A stretch of DNA of 63,379 bases, counting the filler, from Octopus bimaculoides (Eukaryota): NCBI RefSeq assembly GCF_001194135.2. It is 4 parts of 4 records of this genome, joined end to end, with 100 filler letters (N's around TTAATTAATTAA, not from the genome) between each part and the next. Parts side by side here need not be neighbours in the genome. Positions count along the whole stretch, not along the records: positions 1 to 23,265 come from NC_069000.1; positions 23,366 to 48,665 come from NC_068995.1; 2 more parts are not named here. One strand, written 5' to 3'. The notes below the pieces were generated by a model. That model worked only from the letters and a program-made list of their open reading frames with translations, did no database searches and had not been told where the DNA came from. Position numbers and translations under genes: made by a program. Below are positions 12,540 through 24,299 of the stretch, piece by piece. Every line of letters starts with the position of its first letter. The first letter of the stretch is position 1.

Positions 12540-13550
12540 TGTGTTTATTTGGCAAAAAAAATGACCTGACCATCCTGAAATATAACAATATATACAGAGT
12601 GCGATGGGTAAATTGTCGCCATTTTATATTTTTAATTTCGCCCACATTTTGGAGGATTTGGAGTTCCACTTTAAACAAGGTGAAATATTTAAGATTAAAT
12701 CAAATTTCACCTGTGCCTCGGAAAATCTAATCTATGCTATTACATGCTTAGGGTGCAATAATAACTATATTGGCCAAGGTGAAATATTTAAGATTAAATC
12801 AAATTTCACTTGTGCCTCAGAAAATCTAATCTATGCCATTACATGCTTAGGGTGCAGTAATAACTATATTGGCCAAACAGGAATATCCCTCCGTAGAAGA
12901 ACTACTCTCCACAAAGAACAAATCCGCCACCCACATTACAGACAGATACAGGTCAGTGGACACATAGAAAGGTGTGCGAGGAATCTTAATCCTAATTTCC
13001 TAATTTTTCCCTTCTATCAATGTTCACAGAACACATCAACACAACAAAGAATGAATAAAGAGGCAATTTTCATTAATAAATATCTTCCTCAACTAAATAT
13101 GAACACATAACATAATATAGAACACTACTAATCTTCCATTTAATATCACTAACCTCCATACATCCCATACACCATTCACATTACAAATCCAGATCTACCC
13201 TAATTGCACCAAATCCAGAACTACTTACCTCCCTTACACATAATCTTTTTACTAAGGGACTAACAGACTTGACACCGTTCAGAATTCGGTGTGCACTCAA
13301 AGCAATGACTAATAATATTACAAAACCGGTATGCTTTTAAATCTCTGTAACAACTCACAATAATGACTTTTATTACCTTTATTCCTACCTCAGTTCATCT
13401 AATTGTATATATCTATTGTTACTTTTCATAAAAAAGCCTTAACTTTTTTTTGATTTCCAATGTGCATTTTCACTTATTTTTCTTCTTACTTTCTCCTTAC
13501 ATTTCCACGTGTAGTTTCTATTTTGTCTTTGTAACATATTTCTATTATAA

Positions 13551-13560
<10 letters not shown>
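12540..13560 (+). mobile_element. Penelope-like element 3' fragment with GIY-YIG endonuclease ORF (12604-13110)
   Basis: FTCASENLIYAITCLGCSNNYIGQTGISLRRRTTLHKEQIR matches PLE GIY-YIG. It is followed by an AT-rich 3' region ending in (TA)n and contains a 99-bp in-frame duplication. Confidence 0.88.
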
Positions 13561-13585
<25 letters not shown>

Positions 13586-14068
13586 GTCTTATATTTGTCT
13601 CACAAAATTCTTAATATAAAATCATGTGTTAAAAAAAATTACTGACGTAAAAGGGTAATGCTGCTAATTTAAAGATACTTCACTTCAGTTTTATTATTAA
13701 TTTGAGAATTAGTTGACTAATAAATAAATCAATTTGTTGATCAAAATTTGTGCATCACAGCCTGTAACCTTATCAGTGACAAAGTACCCTCATGTACTTT
13801 CTATGAGCTGGCACTTACTTCTTGCTCTGTGTTTGTATCATAAAGTCTAGTGCTAGAGAAAGATATTAATTAAAAAGATTTTGCAACACTATTGTATGGT
13901 TTTGGTTAAAATATCTTTCTGAAGCAGCTGATCTGGAGCTTAACAATAACAACTATCTTGCTATCTTCTCTAGATATTGCTGGTATTTTATAGGAAAGGA
14001 AGAATATTTTACAAGAAGGAACTGATAAAAGCAAAGTGATAGGGAATAACATTTATAACTGGACGTAC

Positions 14069-14150
14069 TCAGTAAATCCTTGTTTCTTTAAGGCATCTTT
14101 ACATTTCTGTATCAAAGTTATTATTTGTTGATCAATGTAAGAAATTGTAG
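14069..14150 (-). CDS. OPLAH: 5-oxoprolinase internal exon (4th in window): (A)TISYIDQQIITLIQKCKDALKKQGFT(E)
   Basis: Aligns to OPLAH ...[21 protein letters not shown]. Acceptor ttttttcag, donor gtacgt. 82 bp; phases match both neighbours. Confidence 0.9.
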
Positions 14151-14599
14151 CTGAAAAAATAGTTTAAAAGAAACAATAAAGAGAAAGTAGAGAAAATGAA
14201 GTAATCTGATATTGAAAAGAGAAAATAAAGTAATCTGATAGTGATGTTGATGATGATAAGGATGATTGTAGTAGTGGTGGCAATGACAGTAATGATGATA
14301 ATGATTGTGGTGGTGATGATAGTAAAGATGATAGGAATAGCAGTGATGATGGTATGGATGATAAAAATGTTAGCAGTGACAGTAATGTTGTTAGTGGTGG
14401 TGTTGAACTGGAGGTGCCTAACTTTATTTGCCTCCATCTTAAGCGTCAGCACTACTTTTTCCTCATTTCCTCATCTACAGATGAAGGGGAAGTTCTGAAG
14501 TTTTAGATCCAGTATTTCTCTACTTGAACTATTTTTTCTAATGACAAATGATCACCAGTTTCACATGTATAGTATGTAGCTGTTTCTACATTAGTGTGA

Positions 14600-14955
14600 A
14601 TCTATGGTTGTGTTTATAGTGTGCAGCTGTTGTTAAATCTAGAGTGTACAGATATTGTACTATCAATAGTGTGCAGCTGTTGTTATATTTACAATATGCA
14701 ACCATTACAACATATGTAGTGTGTAACTCTGATAGAATATTGCTACTACTAGACCAATAACATGTAGCTGTCATTACATCTAGCATGCAGTTACTATTAC
14801 CCCTATAGTGTGCAGCTATTGTTATATCCATAGTGTACAGTTATGATACCATCAAGAGGGTGCGATATTGAGAGATCTATAGTTTGTGGCAACAGTAACA
14901 TTTGTAGTGTTCATGTAGCTATTGTTGTATATAGTGTGCAGCTGTTGCTACACAA
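14600..14955. repeat. Degenerate intronic minisatellite (atagtgtgcagctgttgtta motif)
   Basis: The motif recurs at ~14617, 14667, 14805 and 14931 with related variants between. Confidence 0.6.
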
Positions 14956-15174
14956 ACCTCTCCAAAGCAAATGTTAGTGTAATGAGTGCAAGGAAGAGTT
15001 ATTTTCAGAGATTTTTTTGTAGTGAGTATTTATGATGACTCTCAATAAATTTATGAGTTTAAATTAATTAGAGAAATTAAGATAAACTTTCAAAGCTACA
15101 CTGATGAAGAAAAATGCAGAAACAAAACGACAAATGTAGGCAGACATAAGATAATTAAATGCAAAATACCTTAC

Positions 15175-15263
15175 CTGGTTCATAAATACTGGCACAAGGA
15201 ACTTGCTCTTCATGGACTACATCAGCGAGTGCCATTCCATATGCTGAAAGTATTGCTGAAAAT
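15175..15263 (-). CDS. OPLAH: 5-oxoprolinase internal exon (3rd in window): (K)FSAILSAYGMALADVVHEEQVPCASIYEP
   Basis: Matches the OPLAH motif LSAxGxALADVVHEAQEP. Acceptor tgtatag, donor gtaagg. 89 bp. Confidence 0.95.
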
Positions 15264-15991
15264 CTATACAAGAAAAAGAACCCCAAAAAAACACACCATT
15301 AACAACAAGGACGAAGATGATGATGATGATGATGATCTTACTTATGTGTCAGCAAATTTCTGTTGCAAAAACTTTTCTAGCTCGTTTCATTACCTGACAA
15401 TCAAATATGAAGCCAGTGTTTCTAACCTATGTGCATTGAGATTAACACAAGTGTGTCATGAAATTATCTAAGGTCAGAATATGTAATTTGCCAGTTCATA
15501 TTTATTTTTTAATTCAACTTTACATTGCAATTTGTGAACAATAGCATTGTTCATTAGAGGTTTAAATGGGTAACCAGTGGATTGTTGCATTTCTGACAGG
15601 AGTGACAAGGGACTGTCATGTCTATTGGAGTTAAGTAAGTCTATTGGAGTTAAGGAGTTAAGTAGCATCAGTAATGAAACATTACTGATGCTACTGTTTG
15701 TGCCATGTATTTAGGAATGAAAACTCATTGCTGCTGCTGTTGATCTTACCTAGTTGCTTGTTGTGTTCAACAGCAAATAGAAGGAAGGGAAGCAAGCAAT
15801 GTCAAATGGTGCTTATACTCATTAAAGGATCAGTTGTTAGAGAAAAAGATGATAATGCTGCTAATGATGATGATGTGAAAGGAATATATGATGTTAAAAT
15901 TCTTATAAAATAGGTACCAGTTATGTCCAAGCATAAGTCTGCACTAATGACATAGATCAGTAAAAAGGTAAAATAAAGAATTTATATTTAC

Positions 15992-16104
15992 TTGTGTATG
16001 AAGATTTCTGAAATGCCCAGTGACTGAGCAATGGAGCAGGCATGTTGAGCTCCTGCACCACCAAAACAAGCTAATATATGCCGAGAAGTATCATAGCCTT
16101 TAGC
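15992..16104 (-). CDS. OPLAH: 5-oxoprolinase internal exon (2nd in window): [37 protein letters not shown](K)
   Basis: Hydantoinase/oxoprolinase motif [12 protein letters not shown]. Acceptor ttctag, donor gtaaat. 113 bp. Confidence 0.96.
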
Positions 16105-16599
16105 CTAGAAGATAGGTAACAAAATAAGTAAAGAAAATAAAACAATGGTATAGATAAATTATGGTCAATTAACAAAAAATGTTGTCTGATATTTTAGAAT
16201 TTTACACGCTTAACAGGAGAGATTTAATAATAAAGATATCAGGGTGGAATCATAGTTTTAAAATATTTCAGGGGAAGAAAATGAGCTGACAACAAAGAAT
16301 GTAGTGTGGAATGAACATGAATTGTGTGGGAGATATCTGTGGTTAACTGGGTGCTTTAATACCAAATATCAGCACCCTTTATAAAGCATAGGGTAATTTT
16401 TGAGGAAGATTTTGTTGCAATTTCTAGTTAGTTCAAAAATGAATGTTCTTGTTTTTAGACAATGTAATAATAAGCTTGTTAACAGCTTCTTTCTCAAAAG
16501 GAATTATTGCAAGGCTTAGAATTGAAACTTTATAGCTTCAGTAATCAGGATCAGATCACACTTAGGTCAAGTGATGTGTCCTGTATATTAAACAGATTG

Positions 16600-17060
16600 C
16601 TGGAATATCACTCCTTATTATAGAATGTTCTATCATGTTTCAGGGGTTCCCATGTAAACAGGGGTTATATGAGGATTAGTGTAGTAGAATCAGTGCAGAG
16701 GTTAGAGAAGATTTCAGAGGTGATAAATGAACACATGATTCTTGGTCCCTGCATAACCTGTATTTAAAAGGATCACCTTGTTGTTAATGCAATTCTCCAA
16801 GCATGTACCATGAACACAATACGATCACCTCTCACCAAATAAATAAGTAGCCAGTCAATTTTTAGCCATAAGCACATGAAAGTGGTGCACTTCAGAAGCA
16901 CAAGCAACAAGCCCTAAATTGACAAGTTTTCTTGGCTGAAGTTCAGCCCTGAGTTAAAGGCTTTCTTCAATTAGGCTACATAGAGCATTATTCCTGCCTC
17001 ACACAGGAGGCTAATCTCTTCTGTTAGTAATGTAATTACAAACTACATTTGTTCTAGCAC
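16600..17060 (-). mobile_element. Highly decayed CR1/jockey-like RT remnant
   Basis: The minus strand has decayed text resembling the PQGS..LxINDL..YADDSTL region; many indels. Confidence 0.35.
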
Positions 17061-17936
17061 TCTACAATACACTACTGGCAAGCGACAATGTAAAAATGCA
17101 AACATTGTAATATACTTCAATAAACAATAAATGTTAATTAAACAATGATGGCTTTGATTTATTAATGGGACAACATGCAGTCTATCATGATACCAACACA
17201 AGACCCATCAACACTAGTGGCACAATGGTGATCATGACATTCAGCCAGTAAAGAAAGTAACAATCCTGATGCATGATATTTAACCAGCACAATATTGGTG
17301 ACTATCAATATACAACTTTCACTTTGCCAACACCAGAGCAAGTTACCACACTGGAATATTCATTGACAGAAAAGGCAGTCAAACCAGCCATGTTTATATT
17401 ATTCAACTATCCAGTCATGGGAAAACAGCAAAAGAGCTGCTCAACAAATTTTAAAGTAATAAATACTGTTCAAACCACTACCATTTTAGATAATGACATG
17501 GCTATGTGGTTGACAAATTTGCTTCCACCTTGGGCTTCCGCCTATAATCTTCTATTATAGCCTCAGGTTGACCAGAGCCTTGTGAGTGGAGTTGTGTATG
17601 TATGCATGTATGTGCTTGTCTGAACGTGCAAGTGTTTGTGTTTCCTCTTAACATAGTGTGATTGTTATGAATGAACATCATTCATTTAAACTTTTCTGTG
17701 AAAAAATGTCTGGCATGTCTGGTAAGGATTGGTGACAGGAAGGGCAGCTGACCATAGAAAGTTTGTTTCAATAATCCCTGTCCAACCAATGCAAGCAGGG
17801 AAAAGTGGATGTTAAATGATGATGATGATGATATGTATAAATATAAGGTATTTGGGTACATTCAGTTCTATATTTAGGAGATGAGGAATTATGTCCATTA
17901 TTTACATTTGACAGATATTATTATTATTATTATTGA

Positions 17937-18009
17937 GGTCACTGCCTGGAATCAAACTCGGAATCTTGGGGTTAGTAGCCCGCGCTCTTAACCATTATGC
18001 CATGTGCCC
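17937..18009 (-). mobile_element. tRNA-Arg-derived short element / tRNA pseudogene with ACT in the anticodon position
   Basis: 73 nt GGGCACATGGCATAATGGTTAAGAGCGCGGGCTACTAACCCCAAGATTCCGAGTTTGATTCCAGGCAGTGACC. A and B boxes are present; the AAGATTCC..GTT.GA.TCC.GGC half resembles tRNA-Arg(ACG). Stems are imperfect and an (AAT)n tail follows. Confidence 0.65.
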
Positions 18010-18261
18010 ATGGGTACATTCATCTTCTAGAACAAGTGTACAGAAACTAGGTTCCTGCTATGTAGATTAAAATAAATTTGAATCAAGTGGAGTAGAAAAA
18101 AAGGAAGGGTGGAGACTTATGCAAAAACAGAATAAGAATGAAAAAAAAAGGCATTGGAGGGGCGATGCATTCCCTGCATGTAGATAAATTTTTTTGCAAA
18201 TTATAGTGTGGCTTATAATGCGTTGCTTACTCATGCTTTTTAATTGAACTGACTTAATTTT

Positions 18262-19021
18262 TTTTTTTTTAATAACACCATTATAGGTATTTATACTCTG
18301 GTGAAATTAAGAAATCAACTCAAATAAACAAAACCCTCAAATCCATCAGTGTACACACACACTTACACAGTTGCATATCTATGTATGTATTTTTTACATA
18401 AATAGACTTGCATACACACTGACATGTCCCTCTTTTTCGTTTCTCTTAATTTTTCCCTTTTACAACTTATTTGTAAATATCCGGTTAAATTTTCCCTATT
18501 ACCCCATTTGTTTTCCTTCTTGATTTTTAGTAATAACTTTTTTTTTTGATGTTTTTTTTCCTTAAATCATTCACTCTGATGAGAATGACAATACATAACT
18601 TTAATTATAATTATTATAATTTTCTTACATATTTGTATTGCCCTTTGAAACATTTGTATGTACTTATTAAATCTAATTTTGATTTTTTTAACATCTTTTC
18701 TCTCCATTTTTATAATTATTTATGGTATCTTTATACTTAGAACGAACTTTTTCAATTATGTATGTATGCACATATGTCTATGCGCATAGGTACACCATGA
18801 TCTGTACACACACAGACACGGGTCAATTCATATGAAAAAGAAAGTGAACAAAATAATATGACCACTTACTAATTGGGAAATTTGTAAGGTTGATTAAAAA
18901 ATTTTTTTTTTTAAATATCACTATTATAAGTATTTATACTCTGGTGAAATTAAGAAATCAACCCATAAATAAACAAAACCCTCAAATTCATCGGTGTACA
19001 CACACACACACACAGAGTTGC

Positions 19022-19052
<31 letters not shown>

Positions 19053-19200
19053 TGTATGTACGCATTCATGTCTATGCGCATAAGTACACCATGATCTATG
19101 CACAAACAGACAAGGGTCGATTCATATGTAAAAGAAAGTGAACAAAATAATATAACCACTTGCTTACCAAGAAATTTGTAAGTTCGATTTTTTTTTTTAA
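18262..19200. repeat. Tandem duplication of a ~290-bp unit; first copy split by a ~370-bp insert
   Basis: 18271-18390 matches 18913-19050, and 18760-18900 matches 19050-19200 (e.g. tatttatactctggtgaaattaagaaatcaac and gtctatgcgcata.gtacaccatgatct). Confidence 0.8.
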
Positions 19201-19527
19201 AGATTAATCAAACCAAATGTTCATATCGAGCCACTTACCCAATGAGTATTTCTGCCAAATGTGGTGAAAGTCTGTTCAGCCATTTTGGAGTAATTTTGCA
19301 AACACACAGACAAGTGATTACAATACCCTGCTTTCACTTATGCATGCAGGGTAATAAAATCTCACATGAATTTATACATACTTGTATTTACAACCACAAC
19401 CACACTCAACCAAACACAGAAGACTAAAATATTAGGATTTACTTACATTTCCATAACATTCATAGTACACAGAGAAGATAGTAAAAAAAAGAATGATGCA
19501 CAAATACGTTTAGAGCAATCACAAATA

Positions 19528-20383
19528 CAAGGTGGAATCAAAAGGTTTCTGGACTAGTTATGTTTGATAAAAAATAACTTATTTACCTAAGTTTTAACAT
19601 TATCTCCTTCAAAATAGTCATCTTGTGCAGCAATACACCGCTCCCAGCATTCCTGCCACTTTTGGAATCCAGTCTGGAAGTCTTTTTTCCATAAGTGAGT
19701 CAAGGATCTTCTGTGATTCACTCTGGATCTCGACAAAGGTGTTAAAAGAGTGACCTTTAAGCTGCATTTTCACATTGGGAAAGAGATGGAAGGCCAAAGG
19801 TGCTAAAATATGGCAAATACGGTGGGTGCAAAAGTGATACCATGTTTTTGGTGCGCAACTCATGAGTGAGAAAAGCTTGGTGAAGAATCCAATTCTTTGT
19901 GCTCCACAGATCTGGTCACTTTTGCAGAATATCCTCCCTCAGATGCTTCAAAACATTGCAGTAGAACTCTTGATTGATGAGCTGGCCCTGGGGAACAAAT
20001 TCTCAATGCATAATACCACATTTCATGGGGTGATGCATGTGGCATGTCTTCCAAATCACTCATCATCTTCCAGGGATGTTCTGCTTTTGAAGTGCCTATG
20101 CCACTCGAAAACATTGCACCATAAGCTTGTTGAAACAAACTTCCCAAGTTTAACACAAAATTTCACATTGGCTCATTGTTCTTGTCCATGATAAAATTGT
20201 AGACGACAGCATACACGTAATCACAAAAACACAAACTTCACAACTTGCGAAGTAAACACAGCAATGTCACTTGGCACACTGCCTCATGAAGGTCACTGCT
20301 AGCTCTCACTACACATGCAACTGTGTGCTGCCATCTGTTGGTGCACTACAAAACTAGTCCGGGAACTTGTTGATATTACCTCG
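19528..20383 (-). mobile_element. Internally deleted mariner transposon with both TIRs and TA target duplication
   Basis: TA at 19526-27 and 20384-85; TIRs match at 23 of 31 positions. The minus strand carries a decayed HPPYSPDLAPSDFHLF-like segment (..LAPLAFHLFPNVK). 856 bp in total. Confidence 0.88.
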
Positions 20384-22139
20384 TACCATATTTTACCAAC
20401 AGAAAGAAATGACAATAATGGTATATAACAACACATCAGAACTATCATGGAGCATATGTCTTCTATAGGCTCCCACTCTCTATTCAATGATCCACAATAA
20501 ACTACAATTTACACAAACTGTACACTACACATCTTAAAAAATTGTACACAAACTGCATCCATAGACCAACCACCTACATAGCAAAACCAAAATTGTAAAA
20601 ACTGGTGACCACCTGGACATGTGATGATAGTTATTGTATTTGCCTGCATATAAGATGCACTGCTATTTTACAAGGATATTTAGTGTAAGAAGAAATTTAG
20701 TATTTTTCATCATACACTTATTGAAAGACATTTTAAAGTTGTTTTGTAGGAAAAAATGCATGATTCTGTGCAAGTGAATGCAATATTGTTACAGTGTACT
20801 GGTATAAGTATGAAACCATAAATTTATCATATGGGAGTACTGTAGTTCAATTTTGCCTTCTTTCAGTCCAGCTGTATAGTTGTTTATATTGTGGTCAAGA
20901 GAATTTCCATAAAGGATGTAAATCTTATATTTCTGGCTGTGAATGTTTTATGTAACTACGATCAGCCACCAGGGTGTAACTGTTATCACCCACTTATTGC
21001 AAACAGTTGAGAGGTAAATGAAAGTTTGTCACCATTCCTTTCAAAGTGAATATTTCATTTAGATAAATAAGACATACCAGGTGAAGGTTATGTACGCTGA
21101 AGAAGGAGATATAATAGAATGATTTGACTTCTCCCACATAACTTCCAACATACCATTAGTTTGTGCTTATAGTGTGTGATAATTTGACTGGTTTGCAATA
21201 TTTTTTATTAGTAACAATTATTGTACCTAGCAGGATTAAGCTCACCTGGTTCCCTAGACTATGACACTTAGTTTTCCATTTGTAATATGAGTGCATTAGA
21301 TACAGAGCAATTTTTTTTGTACATTTAAAGATAAAAAAATGAAAGTATTATACAACAGCAAATAGGGTAATTACTGCAGAAATATTTAATCTCGACTGTC
21401 CAAGCCATTATATGATAACCAACTCCAAACATTCTGGTACATATACAATATCCTGAAAGACTACAACAACGTCATCTGAAAAAAAAAACACTATCATACT
21501 CAACCCAAACGAACAAAGAATGAAAGCAGCAACATTAAAATCTCAGACCAAGTCCACTTTGCTTGCTTCTATGGCCATCAGCAGAATCTGTGGATAGGTA
21601 GTAAAAGACTGTACAATGGAAAGAATGCACCACATCTATTCTGTCATACTCCACCCCATATGATTAGTTACTGCAGCTTAGATTGTGCAGTATGTTCCCA
21701 TAGCTAGGTAAATGCATAGTATAACCAGCAAAATGGATCAGAGGGTTGTATCTTGCCATTCAATTGACTACCTGCATATTAGGACTGCTTAACTATGGCT
21801 GACCCGAAGCTACATAAGAACAAAAAAAAAAAAACACATGCCTTGGGTGCATTTGGCAGAATTCACTGTTACAAGAATATGGATCAGACCTACTGCTTGG
21901 GCAGTGAACCAGGCCTAAAGTGTCACCTGGATGAATACAACCCCTGATTCTTGGATGCTTTTGGTGGAGCTCATTGTTTATTTATATTGCAATTAGTGAA
22001 TAATAGCACTATTGGTTACAGTTTTGCAATTGATCAATCCAATGGGTTCATTGCATTTCAGAGAGCAAGAATGCCAAAGAAGTGTCTGTAACTGGTACTG
22101 AACAAATATTACAATAGATTGATTGAAAATCATCATTTC

Positions 22140-22345
22140 GTTTTTGTTTCCATTCTCATCAAGCTAGGATTATTGGTCAACATAAGGCTATTGTAGACAC
22201 TTGCCCAAGGCCATGTGCAATGGGATTGAACTTAGGGCCATGTGGTTATAAAGTAAATTTCTGAACCACATAGCCAAATTCTTGAAGACAGTGCTCTAGT
22301 AAGGCTGCAGTCCGATGACTAAAAGCAGAAACAAAACAAGACAAA
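22140..22345 (-). mobile_element. tRNA-derived SINE remnant
   Basis: cacttgcccaagg...gggattgaac...ccatgtggtt is the reverse complement of the SINE head seen at 8951. Confidence 0.65.
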
Positions 22346-22423
22346 AGAAAAATCACATTAGATGTTAGAGAACAACAGCTATGGAAACTTGAAAGTTGTA
22401 CATTTGTAACAATTGCAGCTTAC

Positions 22424-22546
22424 CTGGGTGAGAGCTCTAATGGGACGACACATAGATTCATTAGCAACCCGAATGAAACCCATAGCAACCTCCTCCATAC
22501 TTATTGTATTGCTGCCAGGTTGCTGACCTAAAGTAAAACCATTTAC
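22424..22546 (-). CDS. OPLAH: 5-oxoprolinase internal exon (1st in window): [41 protein letters not shown]
   Basis: Near-identical to [31 protein letters not shown]. Acceptor tttcag, donor gtaagc. 123 bp, phase 0/0. Confidence 0.96.
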
Positions 22547-22929
22547 CTGAAATGGTAGAATGATAGTGAAAACAAAATGAAATAAAGTAATCAATAAACA
22601 TAAAATAAAAATAAAATAACAATGGATAATATTGAAAATATGGCACAGATGGAGGCTATTCAATAGAACTACAACAACAACCACCATCATCACTTAATGT
22701 CCATTTCTCCATGCCTGGATGGATCAGATAGAATTTGTTGAGACAGATTTTTCATTGACAAGGAACTCCTCTTGTTACCAACTTTTCCATGAAAAGACAT
22801 ATTTTCTATGGAAGACTGGTAAAAAACAACATGTGAAGTCAGGATAAAGGTGCACACATTTACATACATATATATATGTACTGCATTAACTTTGGATATC
22901 CTTGTTGCTTATTTATATATATATACAGT

Positions 22930-23265
22930 GTAGGAGAGAGAATAGTGATGTTGTAGGAGAGAAATGTGTTCGCATGAATGATGGTACACTTGCACTAAAT
23001 GAGGCTGCAAAGAAAGAGGTCTGGAGATGCCACTACGATAGATTGCTTAATAAAGAGAATGAATGGGAGAAAGAGAGCCTGCTGTATGTCGACCCAACAG
23101 AGGGACCAGCTATCCGAGTTGACAGTACCAGGGTGGATAAAGCAATTAAGAGTATGAAGACAGGGAAAGCCCCCGGCCCATCAGGAATCACTGCAGAGAT
23201 GCTCAAAATATCTGGCAGTGTTGGCTACAGCCTAGTCACCCGTATTACGAACCAGGTGATACACG
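22930..23265 (+). mobile_element. RTE LINE fragment cut by the assembly join
   Basis: KEVWRCHYDRLLNKENEW..GKAPGPSGITAEMLK is homologous to 10250-10460; it ends at the N run. Confidence 0.85.
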
Positions 23266-23365
23266 NNNNNNNNNNNNNNNNNNNNNNNNNNNNNNNNNNN
23301 NNNNNNNNNTTAATTAATTAANNNNNNNNNNNNNNNNNNNNNNNNNNNNNNNNNNNNNNNNNNNN
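23266..23365. other. Artificial scaffold-join spacer N44-TTAATTAATTAA-N44
   Basis: Exactly 100 bp, with a palindromic linker carrying stops in all six frames; the same structure occurs three times. Confidence 0.95.
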
Positions 23366-23759
23366 TGAGAGAGAGAGTAAATACTACATACACACCGCTC
23401 TCTCACTCTGTCTCACACACATACACACGCACACACACACCCCTTGACTCACTCACACTCTGTCTCTTACAAACACACACATACATAAATGTATACAAAC
23501 ATATTTACAAAGACATACGTGTGTATGAGCGCGCGTGCGTGTTTGTAAGAGACAGAGTGTGAGTGAGTCAAGGGCTGTGTTGTCATATTCATACATCCAA
23601 AGATGTATGTATATTTATGCATGTACGTATACATGACAACAAACCTCTCTCTCTCACTCACACTCTGTCTCTTACAAACACACACAAATAATTGCAGCCC
23701 ATAATTTTAAAATACTGAAATCTAAAGAAATAGGGGTGGATAGGAATATGAACCTGATA

Positions 23760-23762
23760 TAA

Positions 23763-23810
<48 letters not shown>

Positions 23811-24283
23811 GCAGTATTAATAATAGTGATAATGATAGTAATAATCGGAATTTGATTACAGTAACAGAGGTTAACCCTAGAAGATTGAAATTTGAAGGCC
23901 CTAATGCAAGAGTTAGAAATGTAGTTTATCAATGTAAGGTAAGGACTCAGACAGATGTTAGGCGATACCTGGGGTGTACTTTGGGACAAATCTGTAAAAG
24001 AATATCTAATCATTATAGTACCTTTAGAGATAGAAGGAAAATAGCAAGCACTAGCCTTAGTAAATTCATCTGGGAACTCAAAGAACAAAAAAAGCAATAT
24101 TTGTTAGAATGGTCGGTTATCGTGAGATCATTCCCATACGATAAGGGTAGGAAATACTGTTCGCTATGTACCTTAGAACTTTATTACATATTATTCTCTA
24201 AGGGTAAGTTGATAAATAAACTAACAAATAATGCTCTAAAATGTACACATGTTTTAAGAGACACTTTTCGCTGGTTTAAATAA
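23760..24283 (+). mobile_element. Penelope-like element: Asn-rich linker and GIY-YIG C-terminus
   Basis: NVVYQCKV..RYLGCT..KRISNHYSTFR..TSLSKFIWELK..YCSLCTLE is a typical PLE GIY-YIG C-terminus. Confidence 0.85.
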
Positions 24284-24299
24284 AATTGCAATATGACAG

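Noticed and set aside
14132-14498. Low-complexity ORFs (I/T-rich, M/V-rich; also 45403-45852, 50346-50591, 56851-57253)
   Set aside because: They are translations of microsatellite or low-complexity tracts.
23310-23321. TTAATTAATTAA as a biological palindrome or piggyBac site
   Set aside because: It is centred in exactly 44+44 Ns three times, so it is an assembly linker.
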